The position numbers and the translations under genes were made by a program. Positions 1 to 9,976 of a DNA stretch of 64,000 bases are shown piece after piece (the first letter of the stretch is position 1; the number at the start of each line of letters is the position of its first letter). The DNA is from an uncultured Bifidobacterium sp. GTDB lineage: Bacteria; Actinomycetota; Actinomycetes; S36-B12; UBA5976. Below the pieces are notes generated by a model that saw only the letters and a program-made list of their open reading frames with translations, ran no database searches and was not told the DNA's origin. Location of the stretch: the NCBI GenBank assembly GCA_964456135.1, contig CAYVZD010000002.1:16125-80124 (forward strand), given 5' to 3'.

Positions 1-117
1 GCGCACTACACCGGTTAACCGCCCTGTTTTCAATAAGGCTGCTAATAAACCCAGATTTGGACTTGCCACTCAGTTTCACCTTTTTATTAATTGAATCTGT
101 TGCATTAGGTTACCTCT

Positions 118-1026
118 ATGGGTTACGAACGGGATCTGCTGGCCGCAGGAATTACAGATCCGGCACTGCAAGAGTCTTACGAACTTTGCCGTCAACTAAA
201 TAAAAAACATGGCAAAACCTATTACTTGGCCACCTTATTGTTGCCACCTGAAAAACGACCCTATGTTCATGCACTTTATGGTTTTGCCAGATATGCCGAT
301 GAAATTGTCGATGACTTAAGTTCAACACTCAGCCCTGAACAAAAAGCTGATGAATTACGTAAGTGGAGCGCTAAGTTTTATCAAAGTTTGGAATCTGGAA
401 AAACTGACGATCCTGTTTGTCTAGCTGTTATCGACACAATCAGGCGATGGAATTTACCTAGAGAACACTTTGAAGCATTTCTACATTCAATGGAAATGGA
501 TTTGACGGTAACTGAATACGAAACTTTTGAAGATCTATACGAGTACGTCTATGGATCAGCTGCGGTAATCGGTTTGCAAATGGTTCCAATCCTTGAACCC
601 ACAGACGATAGAGCATATGAATATGCAAAAGATTTGGGTGTGGCATTTCAGTTAGCAAATTTCATCAGGGATGTGAATGAAGATTTAGATCGTGGTCGGG
701 TTTACTTACCACTTTCAGAGTTGGCCAGACATGGCGTCACCCGAGCAGATTTAGAAAATCGGATTGCTACACCGCAAATTAAGGCTGCGCTTAAAGAACA
801 AATTGCCCGCGTTCGTGAACTTGAAGAAAAATCTAAAGTGGGAATCACCATGCTGTCCCCAGCTGCACAACCTTGCATTGAAACAGCTCGGATTCTTTAC
901 TGCGGAATTGTTGGTGCCGTCGAGAACATTGACTACGAAGTTTTCGAAAAACGAGCCTCAGTTCCGTTACACAAACGGTTAGCGGTTGCGATTCCAGCCT
1001 GGTATCGAGCGTGGCGGGCCCGCTAA
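118..1026 (+). CDS. crtB: phytoene synthase
   Basis: 302-aa ORF with squalene/phytoene-synthase Asp-rich motifs ARYADEIVDD and FIRDVNEDLDRGRVYLP. It lies next to lycopene cyclase subunit genes. Confidence 0.9.
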   Translation: MGYERDLLAAGITDPALQESYELCRQLNKKHGKTYYLATLLLPPEKRPYVHALYGFARYADEIVDDLSSTLSPEQKADELRKWSAKFYQSLESGKTDDPVCLAVIDTIRRWNLPREHFEAFLHSMEMDLTVTEYETFEDLYEYVYGSAAVIGLQMVPILEPTDDRAYEYAKDLGVAFQLANFIRDVNEDLDRGRVYLPLSELARHGVTRADLENRIATPQIKAALKEQIARVRELEEKSKVGITMLSPAAQPCIETARILYCGIVGAVENIDYEVFEKRASVPLHKRLAVAIPAWYRAWRAR

Positions 1027-1374
1027 CGGTTCACGTTGAATGCCGCGCTTTCCCCACCAAACCCAAAATGCCAAAGTCAGCAAAATCATTGCAAAACCAA
1101 AAAGTAAATCTTCAACTGGAGCGTAAGCTATCCGACCATCGCCTAAAAATGGTGGCCGATCATTAACAGGTGTGTCTGAGCCAATTATTTTTGCTCCTGA
1201 ATATTCCACGATGCCTGCTCCGGTAAGTACGCCATTTGCCATTAACTGAAAGCAGATAATGATGGCATAGCTTGCCCAAAAAACTCTTCGAGTAACTAAT
1301 TTTGTTCGAAGCACGTACAAATCAACCAGCACCGCAAGTGGTACGGCTAAAAGCGCTAATTGCGTATAAGTCAT
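979..1374 (-). CDS. lycopene cyclase domain protein, second subunit of a heterodimeric CrtYc/CrtYd-type cyclase
   Basis: 131 aa, multi-TM, with PxE(E/D)-type motif APVEDLLFGF. Its start overlaps the stop of the upstream subunit gene by 1 nt (TAATG on the minus strand). Its 3' end overlaps crtB by 48 nt. Confidence 0.7.
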   Translation of the reverse strand: MTYTQLALLAVPLAVLVDLYVLRTKLVTRRVFWASYAIIICFQLMANGVLTGAGIVEYSGAKIIGSDTPVNDRPPFLGDGRIAYAPVEDLLFGFAMILLTLAFWVWWGKRGIQREPLAGPPRSIPGWNRNR

Positions 1375-1745
1375 TAGTTGCTCTTGCCTTGACTGGAATT
1401 TGAACTGCTAACTTCCATCTCATCGCCGACAAGCCACTTTGGCTTCGTTGAGCGAACACCTTCTAAAGTCAAGACGGCACAAATGGGAATTGAGATAAAA
1501 AATAATATTTCTTCAAGTGGAACATTTACAATTGCAATAATTCCAGTTACGTACCGCTGATCAAAAGTCCAGTGACCTTGACTAATCGCGTAGATATCCC
1601 AAATCGTGAAAACAATAAGTACTGGCAAAATTGATAACGCCAATCGACGCCAACGACGATAAACCCGAGTACGCAGAACTATTTCGAGCCAGCCACTACC
1701 AAGTAGGCAAGCAACTAAGACTGCGATGTATGAAAAATTACCCAT
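1374..1745 (-). CDS. lycopene cyclase domain protein, first subunit of a heterodimeric CrtYc/CrtYd-type cyclase
   Basis: 123 aa, multi-TM, with motif VPLEEILFF. It is translationally coupled to the following subunit gene. Confidence 0.7.
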   Translation of the reverse strand: MGNFSYIAVLVACLLGSGWLEIVLRTRVYRRWRRLALSILPVLIVFTIWDIYAISQGHWTFDQRYVTGIIAIVNVPLEEILFFISIPICAVLTLEGVRSTKPKWLVGDEMEVSSSNSSQGKSN

Positions 1746-1847
1746 TGTGACCTCAAGAGAAATCTACCTGTCTTTATGCAATTTGGAGAATTGAAACTTT
1801 CTGCAGTCATTCCGAGTTCAAAACCGCCTTCTATTTAGAATTGAAAC

Positions 1848-3740
1848 ATGACTTCGCCAGCCGCAGACCCGTTTATTGGCCAAGTCTTTGAAGGTCGATA
1901 TCAAGTAACTGAATTAATCGCTCGCGGTGGAATGGCAAATGTCTACCGAGCCTTGGACTTACGACTAAACCGAATCGTGGCTTTGAAAATTTTGGCTGGC
2001 ACGTTAGCTAACGATCCAAATTTTGTTGATCGCTTTATGCATGAGGCCCGAGCAACTGCTGCCTTAATGCATCCAAATGTGGTTGCTGTACACGACCAAG
2101 GCCTTGCACTGGGATTCCCGTTTTTAGTTATGGAGTATGTTCCAGGAAAAACTATTCGCGAAGTCCTAGCAACTTACGGCCCATTCACCAGTGCCCATGC
2201 TTTAGAAATAATGAAATCAGTCCTGGCCGGTTTGGCCGCAGCGCATGATGCTGGTTTTGTACATCGCGACATTAAACCTGAAAATGTTTTGATTACTGCC
2301 GATGGCCTAATTAAAGTAACTGATTTTGGATTAGCCAGAGTGATTACTGATCAACCGGCAAGTGCAACAACTGGAGCCGTTTTACTTGGCACCATGGCTT
2401 ATCTGTCACCAGAGCAAGTTTCACAACAACCAATCGACCAGCGGTCTGACGTTTACTCAGCCGGAATTTTGCTATACGAAATGGTTACCGGGCGAGTTCC
2501 ATTTACTGGCGCAACTCCACTCGATGTTGCATTCAAACATGTTAATGAAGATGTACCGGCCCCAAGTATTTTGCAACCAGATGTACCACCTGCAGTAGAT
2601 CACTTGGTGTTGGCGGCAACTGCCCGAAATGTGAATGATCGACTCCCCTCGGCACGTGCGTTTCATGACGGCGTAATCCGCGCACTATCGGCAGTTCCGC
2701 AAGCAGAAGCGCTGACCACAGCGCTACCGTTAACCCCAACTGCAGTACTTCCAAACTTGAACCCACAAAAAATTAATCAACCCGTAAAACCGGTAAGCCA
2801 AACATCTAATTCAGAAAAATTAACCAGCACAAAAACACCTGGATATTTCGCGACAAAAAAACGTGCGTTATTGCGAACATTTGGTGCATTAGTTGCAGTT
2901 GTTTTAGGTGCTGGTGCTTGGTACATGTTTTCTGGTACCTATCAACCAGTACCAAATGTTGTTGGGCAAACGCTTGAACAAGCAACAGTCGCTTTTTCAG
3001 ACTTAGGTTTAAGTTTTGAAAAAGTCGAAGAGTTTTCGGAAGAAATTCCTGCCGGAACTATCCTGCGCACGGCGCCAGAAGCTGGTCAGCGAGCTCGAGT
3101 AGGAAATCCAGTTCAAGTTTTTATCTCAAAAGGGCCAGAAAGATATGTAATCCCGCAAGAAATAGTTGGTAAATCGGCAGATGAGGTAGCTGAGATATTG
3201 CGCGACTTAAATTTAGTTGCCTCCGGTACCGAAGAAATTTTTTCTGAAGAAATTGAAATTGGCAAAGTTGCTTCTACAAATCCAGCCCCTGGTGCAAGTT
3301 TGATGCGCGATACACCAGTAATAATTCAAATATCAAAGGGGCCAGAACCTATAGATATGCCAAATATCGTTGGTGCCCTTATTACTGATGTAGCTCCACT
3401 ACTGCTTTCTTTAGATTTAACAATCGAAGTTACTGAACAGATTTACGATGAAACTGCTCCGGTCGACACAATTCTGGCAATTAATCCAGCCGCAGGAACG
3501 AAAGTTGCCAAAGGTTCAGTCATAAAAGCAACCGTGAGTCTTGGTCCACCTCTTGTTTCAGTTCCAAATGTAGTTGGTAAAAGTGTTTCCGAAGCAACAA
3601 GAATTTTAGAGACAGCTGGTTTTAAAGTTCAAAAAGTAAACAAACTTCCTGCCGCACCGCTGCAAATTGTGTATTCGCAAAATCCCCCAGCAAACAGTAA
3701 AGTGGCTAAGGGAACTTTAATAATCATTGAAATCGTTTAA
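1848..3740 (+). CDS. transmembrane Ser/Thr protein kinase with four C-terminal PASTA domains
   Basis: 630 aa with Hanks kinase motifs (GGMANVYRA, VALK, HRDIKPEN, DFGLA, SPEQ) and one TM segment (FGALVAVVLGAGAWYMF). Four ~65-aa repeats each end in KGP/LGP, typical of PASTA domains. Confidence 0.9.
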   Translation: MTSPAADPFIGQVFEGRYQVTELIARGGMANVYRALDLRLNRIVALKILAGTLANDPNFVDRFMHEARATAALMHPNVVAVHDQGLALGFPFLVMEYVPGKTIREVLATYGPFTSAHALEIMKSVLAGLAAAHDAGFVHRDIKPENVLITADGLIKVTDFGLARVITDQPASATTGAVLLGTMAYLSPEQVSQQPIDQRSDVYSAGILLYEMVTGRVPFTGATPLDVAFKHVNEDVPAPSILQPDVPPAVDHLVLAATARNVNDRLPSARAFHDGVIRALSAVPQAEALTTALPLTPTAVLPNLNPQKINQPVKPVSQTSNSEKLTSTKTPGYFATKKRALLRTFGALVAVVLGAGAWYMFSGTYQPVPNVVGQTLEQATVAFSDLGLSFEKVEEFSEEIPAGTILRTAPEAGQRARVGNPVQVFISKGPERYVIPQEIVGKSADEVAEILRDLNLVASGTEEIFSEEIEIGKVASTNPAPGASLMRDTPVIIQISKGPEPIDMPNIVGALITDVAPLLLSLDLTIEVTEQIYDETAPVDTILAINPAAGTKVAKGSVIKATVSLGPPLVSVPNVVGKSVSEATRILETAGFKVQKVNKLPAAPLQIVYSQNPPANSKVAKGTLIIIEIV

Positions 3741-3764
3741 AAATTAGTTAAGTAGTAAAAAGTA

Positions 3765-4688
3765 ATGTCAACTGTCACGTCCGTTAGCTCAACAGCGCAT
3801 AAAAAGCGAGTCGAATTTTGGGCTATGTTGCTCCTTTTTGGGGTGACCTTTATCTGGGGTGTCACGTTTGTGACCATCAAAGATTTACTCACCCAAATGG
3901 ATCCAGCCGACATTATGGTTTGGCGATTTGGCATTGCAGCAGCTGTAATGTTTTTTATAAATCCGCGCGCGATTATTCAGCTTCCACGTAAACACAAAAT
4001 CCATGGAGTCTACTTAGGCATTGCACTCGGAATCGGTTTTATTTTCCAACTTGTCGGATTATCGACAACTTCTGCGACAGTTTCTGCTTTTATCACCGGG
4101 TTATTCGTCGTCTTAACTCCAATTCTGGCTGGAATCTTGCTAAAAGAGCCGATCGACAAAATGGTCTGGTTAGCCGTTTTGCTAACCACCGTTGGCTTAG
4201 CATTACTGGCACTTAAAGGTTGGTCTACTGGGCTTGGCGAGCTTCTTACTTTAGCTTGTGCATTTTTCTTTGCCCTTCACATCATTGGCTTAGATAAGTG
4301 GTCAAAAACTGATTATGTTTATGGGCTTACGGCCATGCAGATCATTGTGGTCTTTGTTTTCAACTTTATTGCAGCGTTAAGTACCGACGGAATTAGTGCT
4401 CCACCTACTACCCAAGTTTGGTCCGCGATTATTTTCTTGGCTGTTGTGGCAACGTGCGTTGGCTACTTTGCGCAAACTTGGGTGCAGAGCTCTATCGGTC
4501 CAACAAGAACCGCAATCATTTTGACAATGGAGCCAGTATTTGCGGGTATAGCAGGAGTGACTTTCGGAACTGACGTGCTAACACAGCGGATGATTATCGG
4601 TGCTGCCTTGATTTTGCTTGGCACTTACATTGTCGAACTTGGGCCAAGACATAGTGCTGAGGGTACTCACCCACACTTAGAGCCTTAA
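3765..4688 (+). CDS. EamA/DMT-family permease
   Basis: 307 aa with ~10 predicted TM helices and a two-fold internal EamA-like organisation. Confidence 0.75.
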   Translation: MSTVTSVSSTAHKKRVEFWAMLLLFGVTFIWGVTFVTIKDLLTQMDPADIMVWRFGIAAAVMFFINPRAIIQLPRKHKIHGVYLGIALGIGFIFQLVGLSTTSATVSAFITGLFVVLTPILAGILLKEPIDKMVWLAVLLTTVGLALLALKGWSTGLGELLTLACAFFFALHIIGLDKWSKTDYVYGLTAMQIIVVFVFNFIAALSTDGISAPPTTQVWSAIIFLAVVATCVGYFAQTWVQSSIGPTRTAIILTMEPVFAGIAGVTFGTDVLTQRMIIGAALILLGTYIVELGPRHSAEGTHPHLEP

Positions 4689-4689
4689 T

Positions 4690-6012
4690 TTATTTGCGCA
4701 ACATGTCTGAAACTAGAAATGCTAATTCCAAACTTTGAACCCGGTTTAACCGCGGATCACATGCAGTTTCATACCTAAACGGTAAATCTGATTCAGACAC
4801 TCCAGCAATGCCACCAAGGCATTCGGTTACATCATCACCAGTTAATTCAATGTGAATCCCACCAGGATGAGTTCCAGCCGCTTTATGAACTTCAAAGAAA
4901 CCTTTAACTTCATTTATTACGTCATCAAATAAACGGGTTTTGTGACCGGAAGCGGCTTCTTTAGTGTTTCCATGCATTGGATCACAAACCCAAATTACTT
5001 TGTGATCTGCTTTTTTGACTGCCTCAATTAATCCTGGAAGTACATTTCTAATGTGCTCGGCACCCATCCTGGTTATTAGCATGAGGCGACCAGGTTTGTT
5101 AGTTGGATTTAATTTTTCGATTAACGCAAGTAAATCTTCAGGTTTAGTTTTTGGTCCAACTTTTACCCCGATTGGATTTTCAATACGAGCTGCAAAATCA
5201 ACATGAGCACCCGCTAAATCCCTGGTACGTTCACCAATCCAGACAAAATGTCCAGATACGTCATAAAGTTTTCCGGTTCGAGAATCGACTCGAGTTAGTG
5301 GTTTTTCGTAATCGAGTAAAAGCGCTTCGTGGCTGGCGTAAAAATCTACGCGACGAAATTCTTCGGGATCTGCACCGCAGGCAGTCATAAAAGATAGTGC
5401 GCGATCAATTTCAGCTGCCATTTGCTCATACCGTTTGCCAGGAGCAGACTGACTAACAAAGTCTTGATTCCACGAATGAACCTGACGTAAGTCTGCGTAA
5501 CCACCTTGGGTAAAGGCTCGAATCAAATTAAGCGCAGCGGCGCTTGCGTGGTAAGTCTGAACTAGTCGCATCGGATCTGGTTTTCTTGCTTCTTCCGTGA
5601 ACTCAAGTCCATTAACGGCGTCGCCACGGTAAGAAGGCAGACTTTGCCCATTTACTGTTTCTAAATCTGCACTACGTGGCTTTCCGTACTGGCCAGCAAT
5701 GCGGCCGATCTTTACAACCGGAAGCGATGCGCCATAAGTAAGGACAATGGCCATCTGCAAAACTGTTTTTAATCTAGCCCGAATTGAGTCGGCAGTATTG
5801 GCGGCAAAAGTCTCTGCGCAGTCCCCGCCCATAAGGACAAATGCTTCCCCATTTGCGGCTTCGCTTAATTTTTCAGTGAGTTCATCACACTCACCAGCAA
5901 AAACTAGAGGTGGTAGGGATCGCAAAATCTCTTGGGCTTTTTCAAGCGCAGCGTTATCTGGCCACTGCGGCTGTTGAGCAGCAGGCAATAAGGGCCAGGT
6001 AATTTGCGACAC
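4690..6012 (-). CDS. aroG: class II 3-deoxy-7-phosphoheptulonate (DAHP) synthase
   Basis: 440 aa, the length typical of plant/actinobacterial type II DAHP synthases. Motifs GDCAE, KPRS and VCDPMHGN are present. The position is syntenic with M. tuberculosis aroG. Confidence 0.9.
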   Translation of the reverse strand: MSQITWPLLPAAQQPQWPDNAALEKAQEILRSLPPLVFAGECDELTEKLSEAANGEAFVLMGGDCAETFAANTADSIRARLKTVLQMAIVLTYGASLPVVKIGRIAGQYGKPRSADLETVNGQSLPSYRGDAVNGLEFTEEARKPDPMRLVQTYHASAAALNLIRAFTQGGYADLRQVHSWNQDFVSQSAPGKRYEQMAAEIDRALSFMTACGADPEEFRRVDFYASHEALLLDYEKPLTRVDSRTGKLYDVSGHFVWIGERTRDLAGAHVDFAARIENPIGVKVGPKTKPEDLLALIEKLNPTNKPGRLMLITRMGAEHIRNVLPGLIEAVKKADHKVIWVCDPMHGNTKEAASGHKTRLFDDVINEVKGFFEVHKAAGTHPGGIHIELTGDDVTECLGGIAGVSESDLPFRYETACDPRLNRVQSLELAFLVSDMLRK

Positions 6013-6139
6013 GGGTCTAGGTTAGTCGGGCTAACACCGGATTACTAAATCGAGCGCTTGGCTTGAATAGTTGGTGCACCGGTTTGGTAGGTGCACTGGG
6101 TAAACGCAAATGATTTAGTCCGCTGAGTAGATTTGAGAT

Positions 6140-7360
6140 ATGGCTATTAAAAAAGTTGCACTGCTAACCGCCGGTGGCCTTGCCCCTTGCTTATCTTCTG
6201 CTGTCGGCGCACTCATTGAGCGCTATTCACAAGTAGCTCCAGAAGTTGAAATTATCGCCTATCGAAATGGTTATCACGGTTTACTGAAAGGTGACTATTT
6301 AACAGTTACCCCAGAAATTCGGGCAAAAGCACATTTGCTGCAAGATCTAGGTGGAAGTCCGATTGGTAATAGTCGAGTTAAGTTAACCAACATTGCAGAT
6401 TGTGTAAAGCGCGGATTAGTTCAAGAAGGGCAAGATCCACAGCAGGTTGCAGCTGATCAACTTGTTAAAGACGGAGTCGACGTTTTACACACAATTGGCG
6501 GCGACGACACAAATACTGCCGCTGCTGACTTAGCCACTTTCTTAGCCAAAAATAACTACGGCTTAGGTGTGGTCGGTCTACCAAAAACAATCGATAATGA
6601 TGTTTACCCAATTGCTCAATCTTTAGGTGCCTGGACAGCTGCAGATGAAGGCGCAAAATATTTCAGCAATGTCGTATCCGAACATACTTCGAATCCAAAA
6701 ATGCTTATCGTGCACGAAGTGATGGGCCGACATTGTGGTTGGTTAACTGCAGCTACTGCGGTCGCGTATCGCAAGTTACTCGATGACCAAGAATGGTTGC
6801 CAGAATTTGGCGCTGCAAGGCCGCAACGAGAAATACATGCTGTCTACATTCCAGAACTTGAAATTGACATTGAAGCTGAAGCTAATCGGTTATCCGGTGT
6901 AATGGATTCACTTGGAAACGTGAATATATTTCTTTCCGAAGGTGCCGGAGTCGACGCCATAGTTGAAGAAATGCGAAGCCGTGGCGAGGAAATCCCACTT
7001 GATCCTTTCGGACATGTAAAAATTGATCGCATAAATCCGGGCGCTTGGTTTGCTGCTCAATTTGCGCCCATGATCGGTGCCGAAAAAGTTTTAGTCCAAA
7101 AAAGTGGTTACTTCTCTAGATCTGCCCCGGCAAATGAAAAAGACAAACAACTGATTCAAGATTGTGCTCATGTTGCAGTTGAGGCCGCACTAACTGGTGT
7201 TAGTGGGTTAGTTGGAATGGACGAAAATGCCGGCAATGTAATTCGGGCTTGTGAATTTTCAAGAGTTGCGGGTGGTAAACCCTTTAATCCAGATCAAGAT
7301 TGGTTTGAAGATTTACTTTCTAAAATTAAGCAACCTAAAGGTAACTCGATTAGCCACTAG
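6140..7360 (+). CDS. pfp: pyrophosphate-dependent 6-phosphofructokinase
   Basis: 406-aa PFK-family protein. It has TIGGDDTNT, the GGDDT signature of PPi-PFKs rather than the GGDGS of ATP-PFKs, and PKTIDNDV. Confidence 0.85.
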   Translation: MAIKKVALLTAGGLAPCLSSAVGALIERYSQVAPEVEIIAYRNGYHGLLKGDYLTVTPEIRAKAHLLQDLGGSPIGNSRVKLTNIADCVKRGLVQEGQDPQQVAADQLVKDGVDVLHTIGGDDTNTAAADLATFLAKNNYGLGVVGLPKTIDNDVYPIAQSLGAWTAADEGAKYFSNVVSEHTSNPKMLIVHEVMGRHCGWLTAATAVAYRKLLDDQEWLPEFGAARPQREIHAVYIPELEIDIEAEANRLSGVMDSLGNVNIFLSEGAGVDAIVEEMRSRGEEIPLDPFGHVKIDRINPGAWFAAQFAPMIGAEKVLVQKSGYFSRSAPANEKDKQLIQDCAHVAVEAALTGVSGLVGMDENAGNVIRACEFSRVAGGKPFNPDQDWFEDLLSKIKQPKGNSISH

Positions 7361-8044
7361 TTAGCGCTTACGAGATGCGTATTTATCAACGTACTCTTGG
7401 CCGCCAAGTTCCATCAGGTTGTACATGATTTCATCAGTAATGGAACGCAGAACGAATCGATCTTCTTCCATTCCGTAATAACGAGAAAAATCCAACGGCT
7501 TACCAATTCTTAAACCAACATCTACGTTGAAATTTGGTCGACTGCGACCAATCGGCTGAACTTTATCGGTATTGATCATCGCTACAGGAATTACGTTTAC
7601 TTTGGCTTCTAGTGCCATGCGAGCAACGCCAGTTTTACCTCGATACAAACGTCCATCAGGAGATCTTGTGCCTTCTGGATAAATACCTAAAAGATGACCT
7701 TCATTAAGTAACCGAACGCCAGTTGCAATTGCATCCGTAGCTGCATTGCCACCAGTTCGGTCAATCGGAACCTGGCCTGCTCCTCTGAAGAATGCAGCAG
7801 TTGCTCGACCTTTGAGTCCGGTGCCGTTGAAATATTCTGCTTTTGCCATGAAAGTAATTTTTCGCGGAACTGCGATCGGCAAAAAGATGGAATCCGAAAA
7901 TGATAAATGGTTACTTGCAATTAATGCAGGGCCAGAATCAGGGATGTTTTCCAGGCCCTCAACCCATGGATGAAAAGTAATGTCGAGGGCAGGACCAATG
8001 GCCACATTTTTGAGGAATTTATAGAACTTATCGCCTTCGGACAC
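7361..8044 (-). CDS. plsC: 1-acyl-sn-glycerol-3-phosphate acyltransferase family protein
   Basis: 227 aa with the HX4D motif (NHLSFSD) and YPEGTRS. The start codon is GTG. Confidence 0.85.
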   Translation of the reverse strand: MSEGDKFYKFLKNVAIGPALDITFHPWVEGLENIPDSGPALIASNHLSFSDSIFLPIAVPRKITFMAKAEYFNGTGLKGRATAAFFRGAGQVPIDRTGGNAATDAIATGVRLLNEGHLLGIYPEGTRSPDGRLYRGKTGVARMALEAKVNVIPVAMINTDKVQPIGRSRPNFNVDVGLRIGKPLDFSRYYGMEEDRFVLRSITDEIMYNLMELGGQEYVDKYASRKR

Positions 8045-8173
8045 AGGACTAACGGTAGTGAATTTATTGGGTTTTGGGCAATCCGACTCAACTTATCGAG
8101 AAATATCTGGTGACCTTCGATAATCTCCCCCTAATAGAAAGTCCAGCACTGACCTTGGGAAAGGGTTCTAGAT

Positions 8174-9970
8174 ATGCGTGAAATGCACGTACCAGCGCTG
8201 GTGGCGCCGCCAACTAGTGGCAACATCACCGACATTATTGAAACGAGTGCAAGTGTCTATCCAAAGCATGTACTCGCACGTACACCCGAGGGCACTGAGT
8301 GGAAAGACGTATCTTCGGTTGAATTCCGCAATCTAGTGCGCAGCATAGCAAAGGGACTAATCGCAGACGGAATTCAAACTGGTGACCGAGTAGCTATTTT
8401 TGCTCGCACTCGTTACGAATGGACCGTAGCTGACTTTGCTATTTGGTATGCCGGTGCAATTTCAGTGCCAATCTATGAAACTTCTTCACCAGAGCAAGTC
8501 AAGTGGATTATGTCCGACTCAAATGTTGTTGCCACATTTTTTGAAGCAACCCGAACAACTTATGCATTTAAAGAAATTTCCGCTTCTGTTCCGCAAATGA
8601 CTCGTAGCTACATTTTTGCTGAAAATGTTTTCGCTGATCTTGCGGCCAAAGGTTCTGAAGTCTCTGACGAAGATTTAGAAAAACGTCGTCAGCATGCTAC
8701 TCCGCAAGATGTGGCCACAATTATTTACACCAGTGGTACAACTGGCAATCCAAAAGGTTGCATGCTTACCCATTCAAATCTTTTTGCTGAAGTTGATAAC
8801 TTGGTCGAGGGTATCCCCGAGGTTTTCAAGGCTCCGCAAGCATCAACTTTAATTTTCCTTCCACTTGCCCACGTTTTTGGTCGCTTAATTCAAGTTGCAA
8901 TGATTCGAGGTCAAGTAACCATTGGTCACTGTCCAAACCCAGTAGCACTTTTGAAAGATTTAGAATCATTCAAACCAAGTTTCTTGCTTGCAGTGCCCCG
9001 AGTATTTGAAAAGGTATTCAATGGCGCTGGTGCAAAGGCACATGCAGCAAGCCCAGTAAAAGGCAAAATTTTCGATAAAGCAGCTGCAACTGCCATCGCC
9101 TATAGCCAAGCGTTAGATCACGGCAAACCATCTGCTGGCCTAGCAATCAAACACAAATTATTCGACAAGTTGGTTTATTCGAAATTACGTGCCGCAATGG
9201 GTGGCCGAGTGACCCATGCAATTTCAGGTGGTGCGGCACTTGGAACTCGATTGGGACATTTCTACCGTGGATTGGGTCTAATCGTGTTAGAAGGTTATGG
9301 CTTAACGGAAACCACAGCTGGTACAACCCTCAACATCCCAACTGCACTAAAAATTGGCAGTGTTGGTAAACCAGTGTTTGGTACCGGAATAAAAATTGCC
9401 GATGATGGTGAAGTCTTAATCAAGGGACCGCACGTATTCAAGGGTTACTGGAATAACGAGTTAGCTACCAAAGAGGTTTTCACTGAAGACGGTTGGTTTA
9501 AGTCAGGCGACATTGGTGAACTAGATAGCGAAGGCTTCCTTCGAATCACCGGTCGCAAGAAGGAACTACTTGTAACGGCCGGTGGAAAGAACGTAGCCCC
9601 AGCGGTACTTGAAGATAGATTGCGAGCCCATCCAATCGTTAGTCAATGCGTTGTGGTCGGTGACGGTCAGGCATACATTGCAGCCTTAGTCACACTTGAC
9701 CAAGAAGCGCTTCCAGGTATTTTGGCTGCAAATGGAATTGCCGAAGAACCTCTTGAGAAATTGGTGAATAACCCTGAAGTCCGGGCTATTGTGCAATCTG
9801 CGATTAATACAGCAAATGAAGCAGTGTCGCTTTCGGAAGCAATTAAGAAGTTCACAATTTTGCCGCTAGATCTAACAATTGATAATGGTTACTTAACACC
9901 AAAGATGAGTATCCGTCGCCATATTGTTACTGCAGATTTCGCCAAAGAAATTGCAGATCTCTATAACTAG
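8174..9970 (+). CDS. fadD: long-chain fatty-acid--CoA ligase (AMP-forming)
   Basis: 598 aa with AMP-binding motif IIYTSGTTGNPKG, plus GYGLTET and GWFKSGDIG. Synteny is fadD15-like, next to the GT4 gene. Confidence 0.85.
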   Translation: MREMHVPALVAPPTSGNITDIIETSASVYPKHVLARTPEGTEWKDVSSVEFRNLVRSIAKGLIADGIQTGDRVAIFARTRYEWTVADFAIWYAGAISVPIYETSSPEQVKWIMSDSNVVATFFEATRTTYAFKEISASVPQMTRSYIFAENVFADLAAKGSEVSDEDLEKRRQHATPQDVATIIYTSGTTGNPKGCMLTHSNLFAEVDNLVEGIPEVFKAPQASTLIFLPLAHVFGRLIQVAMIRGQVTIGHCPNPVALLKDLESFKPSFLLAVPRVFEKVFNGAGAKAHAASPVKGKIFDKAAATAIAYSQALDHGKPSAGLAIKHKLFDKLVYSKLRAAMGGRVTHAISGGAALGTRLGHFYRGLGLIVLEGYGLTETTAGTTLNIPTALKIGSVGKPVFGTGIKIADDGEVLIKGPHVFKGYWNNELATKEVFTEDGWFKSGDIGELDSEGFLRITGRKKELLVTAGGKNVAPAVLEDRLRAHPIVSQCVVVGDGQAYIAALVTLDQEALPGILAANGIAEEPLEKLVNNPEVRAIVQSAINTANEAVSLSEAIKKFTILPLDLTIDNGYLTPKMSIRRHIVTADFAKEIADLYN

Positions 9971-9976
9971 GGATAA

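Noticed and set aside
6073-6096. Two GTGCAC palindromes (within GGTGCACC and GGTGCAC) 17 bp apart in the aroG / pfp divergent spacer, considered as a possible operator
   Set aside because: The 6-bp palindromes are too short to be significant on their own, and I recall no matching known regulator motif. I note it but do not claim it.
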